Assembly: GCF_021028975.2 (NCBI RefSeq)
Contig: NC_059431.1
Location: 80,414,001-80,478,000, forward strand
Reading direction: 5' to 3'
From: Sphaerodactylus townsendi
Lineage: Eukaryota
Length of the DNA: 64,000 nt
Shown here piece by piece: positions 27,861-36,989 of the stretch. Below the pieces are notes generated by a model. That model was not told the origin of the DNA. It saw nothing but the letters and a program-made list of their open reading frames with translations, and searched no databases. Numbering within the stretch: the stretch's first letter is position 1; each line of letters starts with the position of its first letter. The translations under genes and the position numbers were made by a program.

Positions 27861-28250
27861 GTCTTCTGATACATCTGATATTAATGGCAAGTTACACATA
27901 TTGGTGATCTTATAAGTTTCCCCGAAGTTTGTGAACATATCTCCCTCTTCTATTTATCAGCTTAATCTGTGGATTTTAACAAGCTGCATCAATACAGAAC
28001 TGGATACATGATAAAATTTATTTATTTTTAGATTTTTAGACCACCCTCCTCCACCCTCATAGGCATATATTCCAGGATGTAGTTTGCTTTAAGATCTTGT
28101 CCTACTTTAAAGTGCATTTCTATGCGTGTGCAAAAAAAAAATCTGTTAAATTCAGATTCAGGTCTAATGGATAAGAGAATCTAAAATTAATTCATGTTGC
28201 TAAACTGTAGTAGCATAAAAGTGTTTGTTATTTTTGTTTATTATATTTAG

Positions 28251-28286
28251 GCAGTCAACCATTTACTTGGATACACCACTTCAGAG
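28251..28286 (+). CDS. IL33: IL-33-like cytokine short exon (G/SQPFTWIHHFR/D)
   Basis: Acceptor TTTATTATATTTAG|, donor GAG|GTGAGA, 36 nt, phase 1-1 like the short phase 1-1 exon of human IL33 (DKVLLSYYESQ...). Confidence 0.7.
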
Positions 28287-29414
28287 GTGAGAATCTGGTA
28301 ATTATATTGCTTTAAAAAATATTTTTGATAGGTTGATTGTTTCAACCTTTTTATAAAGCACTGAGGACTCTGCTGTAGAGCCTGAAGGTATTATGGAGCC
28401 ACAGCTGGCTCCTTGTGAGGAGATGCAGGCAGCAGAGCCAGCTCCAAGCCCTTCCCTGCAACCCAAGGGAGAAAGTGATGCTATGCAGCTAGGAGAACTA
28501 TCAGGAATCTCAGAAGAGCTGAGTAACAAGCCAGCTGTACAAAGGCAGGGTCCCAGCCTCATTAGTCAAGACTTCCTACATAAATAATGTTGTGGGCTTG
28601 GTTCTGTCTGGGTACAATAAATGTACTTCCTGGTAAGCTCTACATGCTTGGTCTTCCTCTGACCTCCAGCTCCCAGCCTGCCTGCCTGATCTCCTGCCTA
28701 TGCCTTGACTCTGGACTGCCTTGACCTTTGTCTGAAACTTGCCCTGACTCTGGTCTGTCTTGACTATGTCTCACTTGCTGCCTGCCTGAACTTTGGTCTG
28801 TCTGGCCACACCCTAGCTAACACATGCTGACAGCAAAGCAGTCAATGCTCCAAAACGAATCTTCAAAAGTTATTATGAAATAATGTAGGCAGGGCAATAT
28901 GGCTTTTCTTCCCGTTTCGCTGTTCCAAGAACAAAAGCCTTTGAAATACTCATTGGCTTGAAGTTTACCACAAAAAATATTCCTTCATTGAAGAATTCTC
29001 CCACAGTGAGAATCTTAATTTCTGCACACTCATCTCACAGTGGTGTTCATTTGGACTTACTGAACTTACATGTTCTCCTGCAGCTTCTTGTGCATTTCCA
29101 TTCATTCTGTTTGGTGGTTTGTATGCTGTTATCATATTGCTTTTGCTTTCTGTTGTGCCTTTTTAAAATATATACTGTATATTTCCTCTGATTCCTTTAT
29201 ATATGTTGAGCCTATTGTGTGGCTGTTTTTGTGTTATCTGTTGTTGATAGCTTGCTAATCGCCACCACATGTTCCTCTTTGTTTCCTTTCTTAATCATAG
29301 GTCAAAGAGGTTCTCTGAAGTCCCAGTTTTCATTTTTTAAAAAGTAGGTTCCAGTCTCTTCCCTTGCAGAGATATGCCTTCTTCCTTATACCTCCACAAA
29401 GAAAGGGCCTAAAC

Positions 29415-29746
29415 CAGTGGTGGCGAACCTATGGCACACGTGCCAGAGGTGGTACTCAGAGCCCTCTCTGTGGGCACGCACACACAGAGTTTGTCATGTG
29501 GGGGGAGCGGAAAATCGCCCCCTCCCCACATCTAGGCTGGCCTTGCTTCTGAGTAAAACCTCCTAGGGTCGTGATTCACCCGTTTGAAGCATTGCATGGT
29601 TGCTTCGCCTCCTCGGAGCAAACTGTTTTTTTTCTAAACTAAAACCTCAGTATTCAGTTAAATTGCCATGTTGGCACTTTGTGATAAATAAGTGGATTTT
29701 GGGTTGCAATTTGGGCACTCTGTCTCGAAAAAGTTCGCCATCACTG
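29415..29746 (+). mobile_element. hAT MITE
   Basis: TIRs CAGTGGTGGCGAAC / GTTCGCCATCACTG, perfect 8-bp TSD GCCTAAAC. Confidence 0.9.
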
Positions 29747-31157
29747 GCCTAAACCCATATTTTTTAAAAATACAGAAGCTGATAATGTAGACAATCTGCT
29801 TGGCCTTTCATTATAGCACCATATTGATATTTTGGTGCTTTTAAAAGAAAAATTAGAAAAGAAACCGTGCATCTTCAGGATGGGAGAGGAGGGGAAGTGG
29901 TTTGATGACAGCAGTCCAATCAACAAAAAGTGGACTAGTAGGTGGGAGTGGACAGGACAAAAAAAATAACAGAAATGTTATGGAAAAAGAAAAAGGTGTC
30001 TCAAAACTGACTTTCAGATCAGGTTAAAAGTGGTTTCAGAAGAAATGGGAAAAATGGAAAAAATAAAAAGCAAAACAAAAAGTGAAAATTAAATGCCTAA
30101 AATGTATGCAGGAATAAAGAGATAAACTGAAGAAGTATGGGGCTAGGAGCAATGAGAAAAATCCATGTGGAAAGTCCTTTATATTCCAAAATTCTTGGTT
30201 TATGTGTGTTTTTTAAAAACATTTTGGTATCTTCTACCATATTATGAAGTCTTCCCAAGTATCCAAAACACACCTTGTTGAACCAGTAGAGTTCCATAAT
30301 TCATAATAAATAATTATGGTTGCCCAATTATTAGTAAAACATGGTCAGTGCAATCCAATTTTGCAGCAACTGGGGATGGAGCACATAGCTGCGCCACCTC
30401 CAAAGAGATTTGGGTGGCTTAACAAGTAATGAAAATGAGAAATACCTGGCTGCCTGAAAAATCCCCAAGTGGGCTACAACTCACTTTTTTATAGTATACA
30501 TCAGCTGCTGGGGTAGGGAACATTCCAGGTTGAAAGCCCTTTAGAAGCTGACCCTTGGGAACGTCTGCCCCCCCCCCCCCAACACTGGCACGGCTCCTGC
30601 AGCAGATTAGTACCAGTGCAGGGAAAACTTCTGCATTCAGCTACAGTGCCCCACCACGGACACAAATGCCCCTCACCAGTGTATTTGCCCCTCTGCTGGT
30701 GTATGGGGCATTTGCATTGGCACACCCTTGTGCTGCCTCCAAAACGATTTCATGCCCCCCGCCAGAGATGGAGCAAGGGGAAACTATGCCTGGGGCGTGC
30801 ATGTGCCCTGCACCCTTGCTGCAGCGTTGCCTGTCCCCGCCCCACCCCGGAATGCCCACCACACCCCCTTGACAGCCCAGCCACCCTCCACTGCTGCTCT
30901 GCCTGGGGCATCGTGCCCCCCCCCGGCGCTATGCCACTGCCCCCCACCCTTAGGACTACATGGTAAGTATTAATGGCAATGGTTAACATCTCCATTTTTG
31001 CAACTGACCTGTCAATTTGTGGATAATGCAGTTCAGTTTCGTCTTTAAGTTATCTTGGAAAAACTAATAAATTCTGTATTTCATTGTATATTGTTAACTG
31101 CTTCTTCCTAGAATTAAAAATTTAAGCCACAAAACAAGCCTTCTTATGTCTTTCCAG

Positions 31158-31252
31158 ATCGGAATAGTAGAAGACCTTTGGTTACCTTCACCCAGAAATC
31201 AAGAAATAAATTTTGGGTACTGACTAAAGACAAATATGGCAACAACCTGAAG
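31158..31252 (+). CDS. IL33: IL-33-like cytokine exon (D/RNSRRPLVTFTQKSRNKFWVLTKDKYGNNLK)
   Basis: Acceptor TTATGTCTTTCCAG|, donor AAG|GTATTG, 95 nt, phase 1 to 0. Matches the penultimate human IL33 exon (DGVDGKMLMVTLSPTKDFWLHANNKEHSVE, 92 nt, same phases): VT and FW conserved. Confidence 0.82.
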
Positions 31253-33732
31253 GTATTGGTTTTCCTTTATATCTGGAATAAAGATAGGAATTGAGAATTG
31301 AAGAAACATTTGACTGTCTAGACATTAATTGGTTGTTATTGATTGCTTTGTCAATAACACACTTGCAATTCACACAAAATACTTCATAACAGTAGTTTGC
31401 TTTGAGTTTCAGTGAAAGAGGTAGATTATGCATGCATGCATACATACATACATACATGCCCCATATTTGAATTTTGGAAGAATGGGCAACATTCCATGGT
31501 ACATATGCAGTTTCCTGTTTAAAATGTAGATCTTGCTTTATGTTACACTTAACCTGCAAATTTGAGATTTTTGACTTTTTCATAAGACATATTATTTACA
31601 TATTTACAAAACAAGACAATACAGAAGGGAAGTATTTATTGTTCAGTCCTCAATAAAAACAGGACCCTTCTTTGATTTCAATAGTCTTAGGAGGGTATAT
31701 CTCTGTTTAGGATTGCACTGTTAGCTACTTCCCCAAATGAGCAAAATTCCCCCCCCCCAAAAAAAGAGGGGGAGCTGTTTTCATAATGAGTAAAACAAGA
31801 AAGCCACTACAGCAAAATCACCTGTTGCTTTCAGAGAGTACACTAGAGTCTGTTTACTTCTTTGGCAGAATGGAACAAATAATATTTTCATAGGATGGTT
31901 CTACCAAGTCACTTTTACATCTATTTGCCTTTTCAAAAACTTGACCCAGCTCTAGAAAGGCAGGACAGATCTTGATGGCTAATAAGAATACATGTTTCAA
32001 CCCATTCCAAACTACACAGAGGCATGAAGAACCTGCTACTTGGTTATCTTTTCACTTCCAGATGATGATTTACATAAAGTGGAAGAAAGATACTGCAATT
32101 GTTTGTGTGTGGGGTGTGTGTGTGTTTTGAAGTAAAAACCTGAACTATTTCATTGAGCTCTTCATTTAATGAGATTCCAATAGCAGGCTTTCCACAGAGC
32201 AGTAATGTAATGTGGTTGTTTGTTGGCTTTGAGTTTTAGTTGATTCTTTATAATTTTAGAATTATGTGAAGTGGTAAATAAATATTCTCTTTTCTAATAT
32301 GTCTAACCCAAATTATGTGTCAAATCACTAACAGACTCTTTAGCTTTCTGTTTTTGAACTGAACTTCATCATATCAGCCTTTGATTAGATTCTTATCTTC
32401 TTTTCTTCAGGAAGCTGAAAACATCATACTGTACTTGGAAATAGACTATATCCTCAGGGTGCCTTGGGCTAATTGGCTTTTCTGTATAATCCTGACCTAA
32501 CATCACTGGTGTAGTGAGGGGAGGTGTAGGGGGGCTAGAGAACCAGGTTTCACTTCCCACAGTCATGGGGGAAGCGCTTTGCAGGACCATCCCCCTCTTG
32601 CAACTGTGCCCTGCCCCTGAACTCTCTGTGGAGATCAGGGCAAGGGTTCAGTTGAATGCTGACCAGCGGAGCAAACCTTACTGGCCCTGCTTCTGAACTC
32701 CTTGTGGAGTTTGGGGGTGGGGCAAGCCCTTCTGCCTGGTGTTCAACAATGCCTGAGTCCCAATCTTCATGTGGAGTTTGGGGGAGGGGCACAGCTGCGG
32801 GGGGGGGGGTGCCCAGGATGAGCCCTGGGAGCCTTTTTACACAGCTATGCCCCACCTTACATGACTAAAGGACCCCAAAGTATGAAAATGCTTTGATGAG
32901 AACTATGGCTATGTTCTTTCCCCAACATTGATGGTTGATTTCCAAATCCTTAGCAGAAGTTGTTTGCACCCAATGGGAAAAGAATGAAGGCCAAACTAGA
33001 TTTGACAGTGCCCTCATAGTCCTCTTTATGCCACCAGCACAATTTTAAAGTCATTTAAAAATACATTGAGGGTACTGATTGGGCCTGCAGCGCAGGCAGC
33101 TGAGGTGTCTTTGTCTCCCCCACACCCTGTGATTTATCTAGCATCAGAATGGCTACACTCCCTTGCAGCTGTTTCAGCACTTGAAAAGATATATGGGGAA
33201 GAAAAGCACTGTGTTGCAGGCACAATCAGGATTAAATGACTGTAAAATGTTAATATTAAATTACTGTAAAACGTCAACAGCATAGCAGCCATGAGGATGC
33301 CATCACCTCTAGTTGGGTCCTGAAGTGCCGTCATCAAATGCACTGAAAACACCAAACTGTGTAGACTACATGAACCTGCTCCATGCTGGTATTATGTTCC
33401 ACATCAAGACCTGAGTAAAATTGTAATTTCACTCACCATTTCCTTCTGTCTCCCCGAGTCCCTGCATGTGCTCCATGCCCCCAGTTACTATCTAGTCTGG
33501 ACCAGGCTGTGATGAGTGAGGGTGTGGAGCCCATGGAGCGGGAGCAAGGAAATGGTGGATAAAGCTGCAGTTTTACTTAGGTCTTGATGTGAAACACGGT
33601 ATAACTTGAGTTCTTCTCTTTCATCCCCAGTTAATTGGCGAGAAGTTAAGTCAGAATCAATCCTTAAACAAGTCATTAGGATAAATCTGAATAGAAGATC
33701 AGTCTTAATATTTGGGGTGTCTGCTTTTTCAG

Positions 33733-33777
33733 CTCTATTCGTATAATCACAGTGATGAGGAACCTGATGTCCAGATG
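33733..33777 (+). CDS. Candidate extra or cassette exon of the IL-33-like gene (LYSYNHSDEEPDVQM)
   Basis: Acceptor TCTGCTTTTTCAG|, strong donor ATG|GTAAGC, 45 nt, phase 0-0, open and frame-preserving; no counterpart exon in human IL33. Confidence 0.5.
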
Positions 33778-34600
33778 GTAAGCAATGAACTAATTCCAGT
33801 TTCTGAAAAGAATGTTTAGAATACATTATAGAACTATTGTATGCCAGGCCCAAACAGTTTGTGACCTGCGAAGTCAAACCAGCCCACAGTCCAGATTTCA
33901 GTAAGTGAGTGAATGGTTTGACAGCCCTCACCCTTTCTAAAGTCCTATGTAGGCAATAAAAACAGGTTTAATAAGTCTCTATTGGGCTTCCATACATGGC
34001 TCGTGGGCCTATGCTTAATTTGGTGCATGACAAGGTCTACAGGCCAGCTTTATATTAGATTGTTTCATGCTTCCTATTTTCCCAATCCCTCATTTGCATT
34101 GTCTGTTTTCTTGTGAAGACAGAATATTGAGAATATTGAGGATTTTTTCCCTGTCTGGTTATTCACAATTATACAGGCATATCCAATGGGAAGAGAAAAG
34201 CGGGCACATAGCAAACTTGGTTAGGCTCAAAGCAGTATCTACCTCCATAGTATTTGTTTAGAGTGTAGTTCAAGGAGACATACAATTTAAAACATACAAT
34301 TTAAAGCACCTAAACATTTTCAGTATATCATACCTTTATTATTATTTTTTAAATGCTGGTAGCATAACATGCCACCAGCTGCCCACAAAGAATGGCTCAC
34401 TCTAGGGACTCCTGAGATTGAAGCAGAATTATGAACCTTGTGATGTAAGGTTGACATCTAGCTTAGGCAGCTATGTGTGACTGGCTCCAAAATCTTTTTA
34501 GGCATAGAAAAGAACTGTGGATGGAACATTTGTCACCATGACTGGCAAGCACCATAAAGGTTATTGATTGGCCAGGGCTGCCTTGTTTCTTTACCTAGTC

Positions 34601-35302
34601 CAGGGGTTGGGAACCTCCAAGAGCCATTTGGCTCGCTCGCCCCCGCTCGCCCCCCCTGCCCGCTCGCCCCCACTCCCTCACCCGCTTTCCCGCCCTCCCA
34701 CTCGCCGCCCGCTTACCCGCTCGCTCCCCCGCTCGCTCGCTTGCCCCCGCTCGCTTGCCCCCGCTCGCTTGCCCACCCGCTTGCTTGCCTGCCCACCTGC
34801 TCGCCCTCGCTCGCTTGCCCGCCCGCTTGCCCGCCACAAACTTTTACTCGCTTGCCCGCCCGCCCCCTTCGCCCCCCTGGCCGCAGCGCTTGCCGCCCGG
34901 CTCCCTGCGCTTCCACTTTCGCATTTCGCTCTTTGCTTGCCGCCCGGCTCCCTGCAGCCCGGCTCCCTCGCCCACTCGCTCGCCCTCGCTAGCTTGCCCG
35001 CCTGCTCGCCCACTCGCTTGCTTGCCCGCCCGCTCGCCCCCCGCCCGCTCGCCCCCCGCCCTCTTACTTGCCCGCTTGCCCGCCCGCTCCCCCTCGCTCG
35101 CTCGCTCGCCCGCTCGCTCACTTGCCCACCTCCCGCCCACTCACTCGCTTGCCCTCACCCCCGCTCCGCTCGCTCACCTGCTTGCCTCGCTGCCTTTAAT
35201 TTCTGCCTGGGCTTGCACGGGAAGGGGCAGCCACGTCAGAAGCCACAGGAGAAGCAGCGAAGAGCCGCTTGCGTTTCGGGAGCCACGGGTTCCCGACCCC
35301 TG
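34601..35302 (+). mobile_element. hAT MITE with CpG-rich (CTCG/CCCG/CTTG)n interior
   Basis: TIRs CAGGGGTTGGGAACC / GGTTCCCGACCCCTG, 8-bp TSD ACCTAGTC/ATCTAGTC (1 mismatch). Confidence 0.85.
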
Positions 35303-35392
35303 ATCTAGTCAATAGAGTAATACATTTGCCTTGCTATGTTTCAGTCTCCAGCCAACATAACAAAGCTCTGAGAGACTGGGCTGGCCCATATA

Positions 35393-36142
35393 CCGTATAT
35401 ACTCGAGTATAAGTCGACCCGCATATAAGCCAAGGCACCTAATTTTACCACAAAAAACTGGGAAAACGTATTGACTCGCGTATAAGTCGAGGGTGGGAAA
35501 TGCAGCAGCTACTGGTAAATTTCAAAAATAAAAATAGATCCCAATAAAATTACATTAACTGAGGCATCAGTAGGTTAAATGTATTTGAATATTTATTTCA
35601 AAGAAAAACAGTAAACTAGCTCTGTAGGCCCTGATTCTCCCTTTAAATCTACTCAGAAGGGGGGGGGGTGATTTAAAGGGAGAATCTGGGGAAAATTTGA
35701 GGGTGCTTGTCAGGGGAGGAATGTTTATGTTAGCAGTACAAACATTTCAGAGTATCTTTAGGAGACCCTCCTGATGATACCACTCGGGTTTGGTGAAGTT
35801 TGGCTCAGGGGGTCCAAAGTTATGGACCCTCAAAAGGGTAGCCTCATCTGCTATTATCTTCCATTGGAAACAATGGGAGATGGGGGCACTCCCTTTGGGG
35901 GTCCATAACTTTGGACCCCCTGAACCAAACTTAACCAAACCTGGGTGGTATCATCATGGGAACCTAATGATACCCTGAAATTTTGGTGCCGCGCTAGCCT
36001 AAAAACTTTGCCCCCTGGCGGCCGACAAAGTAAAAACCCTAAAATATTTTTTAAAATACACCTCACTCGTGTATAAGTCAAGGGGGACTTTTTCAGCACA
36101 AAAATGTGCTGAAAAATTCGACTTATATGCGAATATATACAG
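35393..36142 (+). mobile_element. Tc2/pogo-like MITE (second copy)
   Basis: CCGTATATACTCGAGTATAAG TIR, TA flanks; first ~230 bp nearly identical to the 1572 copy. Confidence 0.85.
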
Positions 36143-36574
36143 TACATTATAAGTCTCACATCAAATATGGCTGCCCATATTATGAAGTCCTTGTTCACTT
36201 AGTAAAGCACAAATGTACCTGACATTAGTCAAGAACTTCTGCATAGAGTAAGCCTGAGTTCAGATGAGGTTTCACATAAGATCACACAGGGGTTGGAAAG
36301 TTGAAATAACCAATTCTTTTGTCTTTTAAGACTTGCCATGTGAAATGAAATGCATTATCTAGAATCCAAAAGGAAAGTGAAACTTCTTGGACATTCAGCT
36401 CTGCAGTGTCCTTAAAAATTCTGAGAAACATTATGCTTTAAAAACTGAGCATGAAGCCATTGCTCATGCATGTACATTAATACAGATAATTATTTTCTTT
36501 TCACTATAATGTATTAGAAAATTTAATAAAAGTAGGAAACTTAAACAATGTATACCACTTTGTGTTTTTCACAG

Positions 36575-36769
36575 TTATTGAACAAGGGGCTCGAAGAACA
36601 CCTTTTCATCAAGCATACACGTGAAGCACTATCTGTATCATTTGAGTGCCATGGTGATAGAAATAACAGTCGTTATCTGTATGTGAATGACAATCTTAGC
36701 GTGCAGTACAAGAAAGGAAATGACCTTCCTGATGGACAAAATTATCTCTTCCAATTGGAAAAGAAGTAA
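36575..36769 (+). CDS. IL33: IL-33-like cytokine terminal exon (LLNKGLEEHLFIKHTREALSVSFECHGDRNNSRYLYVNDNLSVQYKKGNDLPDGQNYLFQLEKK*)
   Basis: Acceptor TGTGTTTTTCACAG|, phase 0, 195 nt including stop. Matches the human IL-33 last exon (...FFVLHNMHSNCVSFECKTDPGVFIGVKDNHL...ENILFKLSET*): F..H, VSFEC, V.DN, N.LF.L and stop position conserved. Confidence 0.88.
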   Translation, partial: LLNKGLEEHLFIKHTREALSVSFECHGDRNNSRYLYVNDNLSVQYKKGNDLPDGQNYLFQLEKK

Positions 36770-36989
36770 CTAGACTTACAAGAATCCTGTTTTTAAAAGG
36801 CTGTAAATTACAGACAGTAGACAGGCATCCAATCTTAGAATCCAGATATGATAAGCCAAGATGATATACCACATCAACCACATATTTTTATTCCTTCTTC
36901 CTTCTCTATAGGCTACAATTTTTTCCCCATATAGTGATGTCACATGAATTGTGTTTCTTCATCCCATGTCAAGAAAAGGAAGCAACATT

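Noticed and set aside
28393-28587. 64 aa acidic ORF in the cytokine intron
   Set aside because: No good splice sites or family similarity; adjacent sequence looks like an LTR-type repeat relic.
32062-32500. Acceptor-like sites at 32061 and 32410 as further cytokine exons
   Set aside because: No convincing donor before in-frame stops and no IL-1-family similarity.
33631-33746. Strong-looking acceptor (TCATCCCCAG) upstream of the 45-nt exon
   Set aside because: All frames hit stops before the 33778 donor, and phase 0, required by the previous exon, stops after 17 codons.
34564-35308. Several long Pro/Ala/Arg-rich ORFs on both strands
   Set aside because: Artefacts of stop-free GC-rich simple repeats inside a hAT MITE.
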